DNA of 64,000 bases from Raillietiella orientalis (taxonomy: Eukaryota), in assembly GCA_036172245.1 (NCBI GenBank), contig JAYWIR010000044.1, positions 1,054,001 through 1,118,000 of the forward strand, in the 5' to 3' direction. The position numbers were made by a program, and so were the translations under genes. Shown here one piece after another: positions 1-12,699 of the stretch; position 1 is the stretch's first letter, and each line of letters starts with the position of its first letter. The notes below the pieces were generated by a model. That model did not search any database, was not told the DNA's origin, and saw only the letters and a program-made list of their open reading frames with translations.

Positions 1-99
1 AAAGTTCCCTCCTTTTCCCAACGCCGCCCCCACAGAGTTCCCTCGATGCCAAGTGGCGTGGCAGTCCCCCTTCCTGCCGCGCATCGCACCTCCACTTCC

Positions 100-740
100 T
101 CCCCCATCCGGGACGCCTGCATCTCTTCTCCCCTTCAGCTGACGGACGAAACGATCAGCCGCCGCTGGGTCACTCCCTACGCTCGGGCCCACCGCAAGAA
201 TCCCCCCGGCAGCAGACCTAAGCGATGCGAGCGACCGCAGAGCCCCTATCGTGGAACGCTGCCGCAACGAGCCACCACGAAAAACCGTCGAACCCCCTTG
301 GGACCCTGAGGACTCCGCGGGATTACCCGTGCGACCTCTGTCCGGGGCAGGTGCTCTTCGCCCCTTTCCCCGTCCTCGTTCGGTCGGAGTCAGCGCGAGC
401 GTTAACACACCCACGCACTTCGTGCGGGCACCAGCAGCAGCACGAGATGGCGAAGCAATGGTGTCGTTTCCTCAACGCCGACGCGCGCAGGCGTGCGCAA
501 ACAGAAGGTGGCGCCGCTGCTGCACGTACCTGCGACGATGGCTGACGAGGGACAGTGCCAACGGTAGTCTCCAGAACGCGGCCGTCGACAGCCAGGTCCT
601 GATGGATGCTGTGGGCAGAGCAGCCGCGCACCAGGAGAGCGGTTCCTGCCGGCGGCTTCCTGTGTCCGTGGTCGCTGCGGAGGATTCTCCTGTATCAGCC
701 TTACGCTGCCCCCCTCCCCTGTCCCAGGGACACCAGTGAC
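100..740 (+). mobile_element. Possible Helitron relic (pre-Rep region)
   Basis: VTPYARA, VLFAPFPVLVRSE, GSLQNAAVDSQVLMD (cf. GxLxQQxxVD). Confidence 0.3.
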
Positions 741-2084
741 GTCGGCGCCAATCGGAAATGCATGAGGTCAACTCGCCCTCTCTCGCGACGAGCGCGCGGA
801 ACACGTGTCGGCGATACTCCGACCTCAGCACAAGTTGTCCAAATTCCCGACTCCCTATGCTTCTCTCGGGAATGGGAGCTTTTGCCACCGCACCCAGCCT
901 CTCGGCTCCAAGTTCGGCGTCGCTCGAGACTGAAGGTCATCCTCCTCAGACGCAGCTGTGCCCGACCCGTGCCCTTTCGTCGAAGGTTCGACCCAGACAG
1001 TACTTCTAGGAGATCTGGCTGCGTCGAATGTCCAGCATCTCGACGAGCTGTCCTGCGCGCGTTCGAAACCTCCATCCTTCCAAGAATGAGCGCCTCCTTG
1101 CGCCGAAGCTCCGACCACGTCCTTGCTTCCTGGGTTGCCTCCGGCTGCCGGATCCAGGATCACTTGTGCTGCTGCCACTACGAGGCTCAGCGGCTTCCTG
1201 GTCACAGGGACTGCTCATCCCACGCTGGACTCGCAGCTGCGGAAGATCTCAAGTCGGAGGGGAGGCTCCGCGTCTCGGCCACTCTCTCCTGGGCATCCGG
1301 CGACGCGGCGCACTCTTCACCGGTTCAGGTGTGCGGTGGAAGGCAGCAGAGAAGTAACATGAGTTCATCGCTGGAATGAGCTCCCTCCCGTTCCTGAACA
1401 AAGGAACAGGGATGGTCTCCCCACACGCCGCCTGCTCCTTCGATACCACCTTGAGGACTCTCGGAAGGGCGCAGGGAAGGAAGCAGACCACATGCAAAGA
1501 CCCGCTGCCTTTCTGCATCAACGGAGGGATCCCAGCAGCTGTGTTTCCAAGGTCGTGGGATCCCCACGATGGGGAGTCGTTGCGAAGGCTAGAGATCTCG
1601 TGGCTGTGAAATCTTCGAGAAACGAGATGTCTCATCCAACGCGGCCGCAGGGGGCATCCATCGCTCGGGACATCTTGCCGATGAAGAAAACGTCGGGAAC
1701 GTTGACGCCAAGAAGAACTGGCTCCAGCGGGTGCGGAGCGAACTGAGCATTTATGGAATATGGACGCCATCGCCTGATACGGAAGGGAAGTGGAGATGAG
1801 AGGGAAATGAAGATGGTGGAGAATTTGGAACCGTTCGTCCGATGCGATAAACGGCTGCTTCCTTCACACGCCGTTGGTATTTCTTAGTCAGCTATTCTGT
1901 GGAAAGCTGCTTTCGAGACCGTTGAGACCTTTGCCACCCAATCGTTGACAGAGCTGCGTCTTTCGCACGTCGCTTGTATTTGCAGCTATCGCTGCTCTTG
2001 GAGTCTCGATGGATGAACCGATGGCGCCTACGCGATCTGGCTGTTGAAAGTGAAAGACAGACGCAACAGTTCCAGTGATTCCTT
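740..2084 (-). mobile_element. Helitron relic; 1115-2084 is a near-identical inverted copy of 22650-23620
   Basis: ORFs 1249-1770 and 22964-23485 translate almost identically; VFHFQQP, FPQN, SLPYQ..HKC, RFLHRQD, AGCGGKS. Confidence 0.5.
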
Positions 2085-2365
2085 TTCGTTCGTGCACCTC
2101 TCTGGGTGCTGCCGGTGTGTTCCCGGATGGGCGGCTGCTGTGCTGACCCTGAGGCGACCGGTTCGAAATACGACGGCTTCGCTCCGGGAGTCCTCGGCCG
2201 CTGTCCAGCTTCTGTCACTGTCCGTGCGCCGCCTCCCTCCCGCAGTCGATCGAGTCGTGGAGCACCCCTCTGGTGCAGTGCTGTAGGTGCCGCACGCATG
2301 CAATGATTTAAGATGTATGGCAGTGTCGTTTAGTTTCTGCCACCTACGGCAAGATCGACTGTCGA
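2085..2365 (+). mobile_element. Helitron helicase fragment, diverged inverted homolog of 10440-10745
   Basis: Shared GTGCCGCACGCA..CAATGATTTAAGATGT and CCCGGATGGGCGGC with the reverse complement of 10440-10745. Confidence 0.5.
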
Positions 2366-2699
2366 ACTGTGTCCTTGCGGGCCTTCGGATAGATGGTGCG
2401 TGGTCGGAGTCTGTTTATGTGACTACTAAGAAATCAGCTGGCTATTCCACTTGACCGCTGATCGTCGAGAAGCAAAACTTTGGAAGAAGCCGACAGGGAA
2501 CCGTGGGCGTGGGTGGATGGGCAATGGGGCACGGAGAAAGGTTCTTACCTCGTACAAATACGTGGTTTCGTCAGTCTTTCATCTGTATATCTTTTTATAC
2601 AACGCAGAAGTTCGAGCAGTCATTCTCCAAGGCGGCTCACTGCTTTCCGGTTCTGCCGTTTTCTCTCCCCAAGTTTTCTATCGAATCCGCAGACCATGC

Positions 2700-4150
2700 T
2701 TCTCCAAAATGCGGGTTGGTTAGGAAAAGGGGAATTCTTGCTCTGCAAGGGAATCTGCTGTGCCATGCTAACTCCGAAGGGATCGGAAGAGGGGCTGGAA
2801 CCCGAAAGGAACAAGAAACCGATGGGAAACAGAGCTGCTATGAAAACGTGTAATTCTACGAAGGCGGATAACCCGTTGTCTGCGGAGAGGATGAGTGGAG
2901 CACGGCGGCAGGTTTGGTTGGCTGCGGGAGGCAAGACAAAGGTGGCATCTTTGCAGGAAGTCAGCAGCCCTGCTCCGTCCGTCAGTGCGCGGACGCCGAA
3001 GCTGTTGACGAACGCTCAAAGATACTGTATCTCTCCCTCTTCATTGTCACGTGGGCATCACTGTGGTTGCCTAGGAAACGGCTCGACAGCAGCGATCTCG
3101 TTGTTCATTGCTAGCGACACAGTCCTGTCCATCCACGAAACGGGGTAGGAACCTGATCTGCCGTGAAGGGTCCACTTAGCTACAGAAAGCAGAGCAAGGC
3201 ACTGCTTTCTGCTTTCTCCTTCTATGCCAGATGCCTCGGGCAAGAAGACCCTCAGATCTTCGCACCCCGACCCCACTGCTTCTTATGGACACCTCTCGCA
3301 CGGACAGCAGTGTTAATCGAACAGCGTGTACAGCGCAGCTCTCCCTGACCGTGTACAGAAACAGCACATCTCTCTCTGACCATCTCTTGGTCAGGGAGAG
3401 ATGCGGAATCTCGGGAGTGGTTGCCGTGCGCATTGCTCGTTGACTATGTCCCTTGGAGATGCCTCGCGAACGGACTGCGGAAGATTCCTGCGGCCGAACC
3501 GGAGACTTCGAACCGAAGAGACGCATGCAGTCATGGATCCTCGATGAGGTCAATGGGGAGTGCACGCTCGGAATGATAGGGGAAGCTCTGAGAACATCAT
3601 CTGCGTCTTTCTCGAATGGGTGATGCGGGAGAAAGGTGCCCATCTTTGGTTTTTGCCAGCGAATGCGCGCAAACCACGCGCGTTTCTTCATCGCATCAGA
3701 ACGGAGGGAATCTCTACATCATGCCCTTGCTCAGTACTTCCGTTAGGAGGGTTCGCGCCGGTGTCTTCCTTAGAAGAACTGCGGATGCGGAGCTCAAATA
3801 GGCAGAGCTCAAGAGATGCAAGGCCCAGCAGCGCATCGCCTGCAATTCTTCGCCCGAGCTTTCCTGGAAGCTTTTGATCAAGTCTTGCCTGTTCGTTCCT
3901 CAGGCAAGTGATCCAGCGTTGGCGTCTGAAGATTCTCCAGCTCCAGGATGGCAAGTACTGGCAAGCACCCGGGAACACCTCGATCTTTCCCAGAGGCCGC
4001 TCCACGAGTGCTCGGCTCGCACAGGGGAAGGAGGGAGGAAGGGAAGGAGTAGTGGGAAGGGCGTAGATTCGCTGCTGACGACCGCTCGAGACCAGAAGAT
4101 GCCGCGACGCACATGAAGGGAGGAGTCTCGCAGTCTCTCAACCTGCAGGC
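2700..4150 (-). mobile_element. Possible very old LINE RT relic
   Basis: Only faint ordered resemblance (FARIRW; FPRQPQ*CP; SCKDATFVL); unverified. Confidence 0.25.
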
Positions 4151-4469
4151 AGGCACTCTCCTCCGTCTCCCGCTCTCCTCTTTTTGCGCACGCGTGTCCA
4201 TCTGACCGCACGTGTCGCACATTTCCGGTCCATTCGCCAGAGTGCGGATGTTTCCTCCTTTCTCTTCTTTCTCGGTCTGCCGCCCGCGCGGGAATCAGCC
4301 GACTGGAAGGCTGGAATCTCCGCTCACGTGTTGACAAGATGCCCCGCTCTAAGTAAATTTACAACTCCCTTCGCGGTGTGCGCCTTGGACGCCCCTCGAG
4401 TATCCTGCAGGATTCGTTCCCGTTGTGGGGCAGAGGCCGATGCAGACCAGCAGCGCCAAACGAATCTGC

Positions 4470-7400
4470 ATCATGGAATCACAGCAGTTGGGGATGCTCG
4501 CCATCATCTGTCAATGCAATCACCATAAATTTCCGTCCTCTGAGGGCTGCGTCACCTTCGGAGAGACGGAAAGCGCCATTTCGGGGCCAAGCAGCAAAAG
4601 ATGCGGCGGAAGGAGGGAAGAAGATTTATAAAAATGGGAAGGAAGAGGCTGGGGGGTAATAAAGATGAGTCGGCTGCTCGATGTTCGAGAGAGCAGCCGA
4701 GAGAGGCGCGACCGTGAAAGCTCTTGGATTTTTGTGCTCCAGAACAGCATCAGAACAGATGGATGAGCGGCTAGATGGACCAGAAAATGCTTCAGGGAGA
4801 GTGATTCCGAAGACTCATAGTCGGAGCGTGCCGGGATCAGCTACGTGAGAGGCTAGGATGGCAATCGGAGAATTTCATCGATCCCGGACGTTCGAATCTC
4901 AGCGAGGCGGCTCGAACGCGCAAAACCATCCGCCCTCCTTCGGCCGAGCAGCAAAAGGGACCTCGGGCAAGAAGGACGCATCCGTCCTTGGACGCGGGGG
5001 GTTCAGACGTGCACGTGCGCAAACAGCGAGCTGAGAGCGGTCCCCGAGCATCGTGGAGGAGTCATCCGGCGCGGCACCAACGGGTGACGACGCGCACTTT
5101 CTACCCGGCTCGGCTGCCGTTCTCGCAGAAACCTCTACGCCGGCCGCGCGGCTGCCTCATCCTCGTTCCAGCTCGCTTAACAGGGGAAGTCCGTCCCAGT
5201 GGGGCCTTCTCTCTCTCCTGCACAACACCCCGTTGCACGAGGGCGTTCTAGTCCGAACAAAGCAAAGCCAACAGACCGCGGAGACTAGCAAATCCTCCGC
5301 GACAACCGATTCACAGGCCGGCTGCTAAGAAGACATTGGGGAGCATGGAGGGGGAGGGGGCAAGAGAAACGAAAAGTAAAAAATCGAGAATGGGAGGAAG
5401 AAGCAGGGATTACCGATCACACCTGCCACGCGTTCTGAAACCTTCATGCCATGCAAGCAGCGGCGTCTTCCTCAGTTCTGTCATCCGTCCACGGCCACTC
5501 ATCACTGTTGGGTCGAGGTGCGTGGTCCTCCTCCTTTCCCTGCTAGCGCGCCTCCTGCGTGTTCCAAGACGCACCATGAACCTCCTGATGCGACAACAGG
5601 ATTGGACGCTGGGGGAAGCAAGAGAAAACCCGTCCCACGTGAGGCAGAGCTGCGACGGATCTTCCAGGGTGTCTTCGGGTCGAAGCACGGCGGCCGCTGG
5701 GTCTTTTCTTTTTCAATCTCTCCAGAGGTCAGCGCATCCACATGGGATCTGGAAAAAAGGTGCAGATCAGCTACCCAGCACACTTGGAAGGGAGCAATGG
5801 GAAAACTGTCCTCCTACTGGTCCCGCCCGTAGCTAGGGAAAACGTTTCTTGGCAACACTTGCTGCTTCGTAAGGGGTGTCCACTTCGCCTCCTGTGGTGA
5901 GGAATCTACCCTTGAGGGGGATAGGACTCCCGCGAGTGTAAATCGATTTTTTCGAGATTCCTAGAGGGAATGCCGAGATCATCGACTTCCTGGTCGACGC
6001 CTATATCCTCTCTGCGACACAAGGGTACCGTCCGCCATTTCCCTGGTGCATTGGGGCTTCCACGGAGAAAGCAGCGTCCTCACATGATTCTGACATGCAT
6101 CCAGACCGCAGCAGAGACGGAAGGGCTCCTCAGAGGCAATTGAAATGGACCCAGGGGATCCGTGCACCCACCAGTTGACTCTCCTTGCGGATTCTTCCGA
6201 CACGTGCGAGCAGCGGCGGTCGGTTAAACTGGAAAGGCGCGGTCATCCAAGGGGGCCGTTATCAATCCCCATCGTCTCCACGTAGCGGAGCGTGGATCGA
6301 ATGGTCCAAAGTGAAACGTGGGGGCAAAGGGGGGCCCGGAATTTCCGCGGAGGTACTGATTATTGCCACCTTTCTTCCTCCCTAACGTTCCCCACACGTT
6401 TCCACGGGGTCACGTCAAGCGCGGCCTCTCCTCAAGGTGCAGGTGAGCTCGGTGTTTCCGTGGTCAGGTGGTGCCGCCTCGTCGCGCCCAACATACGGCG
6501 GGGGGCAGTCACCATGAGACGCCGCACGTCGGCCCTTCGGGGAAGTCCGCGGCGCGCGGAGGATGCGCGCAGTTGCGACTCTCCGGTGGTGTCTTCCGCA
6601 TGCAGCGGCGCTGAAGTCAGCCTCCTCCTCTGCAGCCCTTCCTTGGTGGACGAAGGAAGCGCGGGAACGATTCGATCGTTTCGCGCTGGGAGCAGTTGGC
6701 GGATGCGGTTCCCCCGGAAACGAGGTGGACATGGCACACTCAGGCGGAGAAGGTGATGCGCCACCTCGCGCTTCCGTCCGAGGGGCAGCACCGAAGTGTC
6801 CATGCAGAGGGCAAGGGCCACGGGTTCTGCTGGGGGCTGCCCTCTCTGGAGCAGTGATGCACGCTGTCCTCACCTATCGGTCGGTCCAGCCTATTCTCAG
6901 CCGCTGTCCCCTCCCTAGTTGCCGGGGAGAATCTTGTTTCGTCCCGGGAGGTGTTTCTGATCTCTTTGGCTGCACCTCTTGGAGGCCCAGCATCCCGAGC
7001 TTACTGAAAACTTCGCTGCGGCACTCAGGCGCGCGCCGTGGCATCCCGGCGAAGGGTCTTTGGACGGTGGCGGCTTTCCTCACGGGAGGTGCGCGTGCGT
7101 GCAGACGGTGGTGCAGATGGGAATCGGGCAGGCGCTCCGGCGAGCCGTGGAGGGGATGGAAATGGTCCCGGGTGCGAGGAGGAGCTCGTCCAGAGCCCTG
7201 TCGGAGGGTGCAGCATGCCCTCGGCGATCAACTCGAGACGGTCGGTTCGCCAAGATGTAGTGTGGACGTCGCGAGTGGTGCTCAAGACACCCCTGCGCGG
7301 GAGTAGATCTCTTTCTGTTGTCCGTGGTTACCGAGCTCCGAGACGTGGAGTCCAAACGTGAAGTGTCAAGGCACCGAGTTCTTCAGTAGGGCTCTGAAAG
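4470..7400 (+). mobile_element. Decayed Helitron RepHel relic spanning N-terminus, Rep and helicase
   Basis: Ordered eroded motifs: LGMLAIICQC..FP..E; VFLSSVIRPRP; GVFG..WVFSF; EIIDFLVDAYILSA; GQGPRVLLGAALSG..RCPL; FLTGG..VVQMG. No intact catalytic motif. Confidence 0.5.
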
Positions 7401-7899
7401 CACAGTGTTACTGAGGTGAGGCCCAAGAGACGAGCTGCTTTCTCCGTCGGAAGGATGAAATCCCTGAAGGATTCTGTTCGGACGAACGGTACGCACACGG
7501 AGAAGAAACCGGACTGATTTTACCCTGAAGGGGATTCCGTGGGCACAGCCACGACAGAGTTGCAGTCGACGAAGCACACCAAAGCAGCTGCGGCCTGTGA
7601 TCTCTTCCGAATCCTGCTGCGCTGCAGATGGGCACTCGTCGATGGCCGTTCGCCCACGCAGAGAACAACTTCAACGCCTTACCCCCGCGGCACCGCCATC
7701 GGCACGAATGCAGACAGCTGGGCGAGAGTTGCGATGAACTGCCATGGAGGCGTGGGATTATCTCGAAGTCGCCCCCCGCCCACGCCGTTGCTGCCGGCGC
7801 AGTCGAGGAAACCAGCTGGGTTCCTGGGGTGCAGAAGAGACACCTTACGAGACCTCGAGCCGAGCCACCCTGCTGAGCCTTCTACGCGATGACCAGGGA

Positions 7900-9700
7900 C
7901 AGTTCTGATTGCAACAGGGATTCCCCGATGCCCTTTCCCTCCCACTACTCTTAAAATTGAGCAGCCTGGAGCGCGGCTTCGTGGCGTGACGTTCAAAGCG
8001 CACTCTAAAGGGTTCGAGAGATCGTTGTCTTCCTTGAGCCAGCCTTCCTTTGTCTTCCCAAGCGGGAGAAAGAGGTGGTGGAGAAGGTCGATAGGTGGGA
8101 AGCAATCAGTAACTCGTGAAGAGGCTGTTGGGTCCTGAGTCCGGGTGGAGAATTGGGGGTAGAAAATAAAATGAGGGAGGGAGAGAGGCGAGAAGGTGAT
8201 TTGCTGTTCACTGTGGGACGCGTCCTCCAAACGGTGGCGGATACAGGCTGCTCCATCTCTTCCGCTGCTGTTGCTGTTGTTTCAGCTCTCTGAAGATGGA
8301 GGAGTGTAAGATGGGAGGAACCTTTCGGGCGCAACAGTTGGCGGGAAGGATGTTTGGCTGCTAAGCACGATGCTGTTTGCACCTTCCATCGCGACGCTCC
8401 TAGCGATGGCAACCAGGTGAGGCGGTTTTGGGATGCTTCGGCATTGTCGCAGAATCACAGGAGTGCGAGGACCATTCGAAATGGACGTCGACTGCTCAGG
8501 CACAGAGTCTCACGTGACAGATCCATGTAGCATGGCATTACTTTACCTCCAGGCTTGGGTTCTGCGGCCGAAGGCATCGGTTCTAAATGGCAACCAAGAC
8601 CCCACCAGGTTTTCACGAAATATATCGTCACTGCCTGGAGTCCAAAGGAAACCCTTTCCCTATGCTTTGTCGTTGTTCCCATGTGGCCGTTGTCTTCAGC
8701 AGTGGGCGCGTGGGCAGCGAGGAAGGCCGTGGAGTCGGCGTTGCGAAACCATTGGTCATCCGCACGAGGTAGCAGGACTTCCCCTGGAAGAGAGCAGTCG
8801 ATGGAGACCGGATGCAACAGCCTTGCTTGCAACCCACGTGGCCTTTTGCTGACGTCACGTTCCCGTTCAGGCGCAAGCTCGGAGTCCTTCGTCCAAGAAC
8901 GAGACGGGGAAAGGCGCGGAATGCGACGTGCTCCTCCATCGCAAAGAGCGGGTTTTGGTAGTCACGGTAGGCGTCATCGTGACCGGTTTTCGAAAATCGT
9001 GGGACCCTTAAAGAATGTCCGATCGTTTGCCGTGCCCCAGGTTCAAGTCTGTTACCTTGAAGGAGGGGCCATGTTTTTTTTTTTCCGAAAAGGATGGAGC
9101 ATTCACTTCACTGTGGGTTCCCTCTTGTCTGCTGCCGCTCCCCTCTGATGAAAACGCGACGGGCTCGATAAATCCTGGCCGAAAGGTGAAGAACAAAGCG
9201 AGAACAATAGGTAGCCACCCGCTCGTGGTAGGGGAGATGGCTGGGATGGAGAGCTCGTTGAAAGTGACACCTCCATATGGTAGAGAAATGATGAAGGAAC
9301 TTCCCACGCACACCAGGGAAGGCAGCAAGCATGATTGGTGGGCGATGTGGTGAGGCAAAGAAGAAGGCTCGTTGTGAACGCAACGCCTCACGGTGCGGAG
9401 GACGGGCAAGAGGCAGAGGTGGGCGTCGATTCTACAAAAGGTCAAATTGGAAGATTCCTCGTGGTCCAGGAGGACCTTCGATAAATTAAATGCTAGAAGG
9501 ACTGAGTGGAGGCCCACGCCCCCTACAGGCTTGCCCGGGAAACCACTCAGATGGCGTCCGGGCGGGGAGTGAGTGCTGCCGAGGTCGAGGTTGCTGTGGT
9601 CTTCAAGCTTCAGAGATTCTGAAGGGCCCCCTGACCCGTCGTTTGCGATCTGATCAGGGGCCTTGCCCCCTACTAAGCTAGAATGAGCGTGCATCCGCGG
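7900..9700 (-). mobile_element. Highly decayed LINE ORF2 relic (AP-endonuclease region and start of RT)
   Basis: Ordered weak motifs: GGVGL, PYGGVTFN (cf. GGDFN), KRSDIL (cf. RIDYIL), EEMEQPVS..KSP (cf. pre-RT P....EI..KSPGPDG). Confidence 0.4.
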
Positions 9701-9749
9701 CTAGAGTGGAAAAGGCAGACGTCTTGCCTTGCAAACAGCTGCGACCACT

Positions 9750-10360
9750 CATCAGATGGACCACCAACTTCCATTGATCCCCACGGCTATCCACGTCAGC
9801 ATGAGTTGTCTCGACCGAGTTCCCTGTTGCTGCCTCTCGCATTGTTTCATTTCAAAGGAATCAGTATTGAACATAGGGAGAAAAAGAGGAATTTCGGTGG
9901 CAAAAGTGTGATTTCAAGGAAGAAGCTCGACAGCTCGAAGCTTCTGTTTGTAAGAAGAAAGAAAATGTCCAGCACACTTGCTTTTCTTTAAAGGAAATGG
10001 AGTCCACATCTGGATGTGATAACCCTGAAAAAAGAGGTCAGCGGGTACTAACAACTACAAAGGTTTTCCTCGAGGTTCTCATTGTTTCGGTGGTCAGTTG
10101 CAAAAGCGTCCAGATGCAATGTCCAGCAAGAACGGCATTCTGAAACGATTCTGACATGTTCTGTTCTCCCTCTCTGGTTCATTGCAGAATGCTTGCCCAA
10201 ATTCTCATCTATGGAAGGAACAGAGCACATGACATGGCTTCTCTGACCCTTTCTTCAGCTTCGCATTCAGCAATCGTACCATATCAACTCAGCGAAGCAT
10301 GGAAACCCTTGACTGATGAAGACACCGATCAGAGAAGGGTCGCATTGATGTTTTGACTAC
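9750..10360 (+). mobile_element. Possible Helitron N-terminal relic
   Basis: CCCLSHCFISKE and MLAQILIYGRNRA (cf. FAQLYIYD). Confidence 0.35.
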
Positions 10361-10373
10361 ACTTTGCGGGACA

Positions 10374-10745
10374 CTAGTTTGCCCACGCTGCACGCTTTAG
10401 TCCATTCTGCACTCGAAAACCAGGAACAAAACAAATAGAGAGTTGACCTTGCCGTAGATGGCAGAAATGAGACGAGACGCTGCCGCACATCTTAAATCAT
10501 TGAGTGCGTGCGGCACTTGGAGCATCGCACCAGATGGACTATCCAAGACTCCATCGGCTGCGGGAAGGAAGCGGCGAATGAATGGTTGAAGCAACTGACC
10601 GGAGGTCGAGGAACCTAGGCTTCCCGGCACAGAAGCCGTCGTCGTGAGCCGGTGGCGTTTTTCATCATAGCGTGGCACTCGATCCGTTCTGCCGCCCATC
10701 CGGGAGCATACCGACAGCGTTCCAGAAGGCACGCGAACAAAAGGG
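10374..10745 (-). mobile_element. Helitron helicase fragment with candidate 3' terminus
   Basis: FIRRFLPAADG..LQVP..LISAIYG resembles the PIF1 segment; downstream GCGTGCAGCGTGGGCAAA-CTAG|T. Confidence 0.45.
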
Positions 10746-10869
10746 AGGCAATCACTGTCTTCCACTCTCAACAGCCAGCCCGCCTAGTTGTTGTCCGTTC
10801 ATCCATGAAGACTCCAAGAACATCGATGGCTTAAAATACCACGGACTTGAGAAAGAAGAATTTCTGTGA

Positions 10870-11135
10870 ACGACTAGGTGGCAAAGATCTCTACGGCTTC
10901 CAAGGCAGGATTCTATAGGATTAAGTGACCCTTTAGTCTTCAAGGCAGCATTCCATAAAATAAAGTAGCCAAGAACCCTATATTCTTTGAGGCAGCATTC
11001 TATAGAATAGGAGGGCAAAGGTCTCTATAGTCTTCAGGGCAATACACCGAAGCATAGGATGTCAAAGAACCTTACAGTCTTCGAGGCAGTATTTCGTGGT
11101 ATAGATGGCTAAGAACCATGCAGTCTTCAAGAAAG
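10870..11135. repeat. Degenerate minisatellite, ~46-47-bp unit, ~5-6 copies
   Basis: Recurring AGTCTTCRAGGCAGCATT..ATAG..AAGAACC at ~46-47-bp spacing. Confidence 0.8.
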
Positions 11136-12699
11136 CGTTGTCGCCTTAACATTTGACACAGCACAAGCGTTTCCTGGAGATAGCGCCTGGGACATTCTCC
11201 GAATCAACGAGCGCAGACCTACGTAGTCGGTTCACGCGTGGAAGGGCGACCCACAGTTCCGCGCGGCGGTGTGACTCATGCAAGAAGGCTCAGCTCAATG
11301 GAGAATTTGGGTTCAGGATTCGAACTGCGGAGGTGGACCTGTGCGAGACTTCGAGGAGGAACGCTGCGGTTCATGGACATCTCTCGCAGGATTGGAGGTT
11401 CTGTGCCGACAAGAACCTATCCGGCGCGGTCGAAGACGCGACGGAAGTTGCGGAAGACGCCTTCGTATCGAGTCGCTGTACGTAATCTCGATCTCGTAAG
11501 TGCCGGCGTCCGTGTTTCAGCGGCACCTCCTGGAGCCGAATGTTCGTATGTCTGCGATCTTGATGAGTTTGATGACCTTCTTGATAAGTCTTCCGTTATA
11601 AATCGGCAGCGGGTGCTAGGGGTCGAAGTGCATGCGTTTCGCCTACTTCTGTTGCATGTGCTGGACGGGTCGCTGGGACACTCGAAGTGACTCCTGGACT
11701 CTATCTATTCCTCGAACCTGGATGCACCCAGCATCCTCTTCTTAGCGGGTCTTTGATTCCTTCTTTCCGACTCAGGGACAGATCGGAAGCAAAGCCAAGG
11801 ACCCCCCTGTCGGAACGAGGAAAAGTTGGTGCAGGACGGATGTTGGAGGTGTGTTTGTTGGGGAAGCCCCGCCGATCCTCGACCTTAGACCATGAGTTCG
11901 GCACGGCCGCCGGTTTCCGGAACTCAGTGTCTCCTAGCACACGCTCAGAGCCGTTCTCAAAGGGCTCTCGGAATGTCTCTGGAAGACTTTCCTCCAGACC
12001 ATGAGCTCCGCTCTCACGGGAACGGTGCCGAGAGAGATCATGTCCAAGCCATCCTCATCCACCTGCCCTCTAGATCCGGGGGAAGGAGAGAAAGAAAAGA
12101 GACCCACCGCTGCGCCGCCGCAGAGCGGTCAGCCGCCCCAATCATCTTCAGGGCTGGTCTCTACTTGCTGGATTTCCACCCCACTAGTCTGCCACTGCCA
12201 TCCCGCTGACTCTAGAAGCCGACGGTGCCTCCTTTCACGCGGCCCGCAGAGCGCTCGCGGTGCTGGGTAGTGGATGCCACCGACACGCCCCATCTTCATG
12301 GAGTTTCGCGTTCAGGTCGGACTTGAACCAGTCGAGGTCATTCGCGCTCCGAGAGCGTCTCCTAACCATCCACTTTAACAGGACCGAACTCCCCGCTTTC
12401 CTTGCACCCTGGACGGGTGCCTGCTACTCTGAGTGGCGGATGGGGGCGGTGGCGCTTATCGACGGCGATGGTGGTGGTGAACGAAGCGGGCGACGATTAT
12501 TGGAGAAAGCCGCTGCCGGGAGTCGCTGATGAGGATGGTGGCGACGGCAACTGGCAACAGGCAACCGCGACGACTGGAGAACTAGCTGGTAACGATGGCA
12601 TTGAAGCCAGCCGCCAGGGTGCTCTGAAGACCAGGACTTTAAGCAACCCATGCTAGGGAATGGGAGCCGTAGGAGATGTCAGTCCAGAGAACGACCGAC

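Noticed and set aside
10870..11135. Possible CRISPR array
   Set aside because: Units are similar along their whole length with no unique spacers, no cas genes, eukaryotic context.
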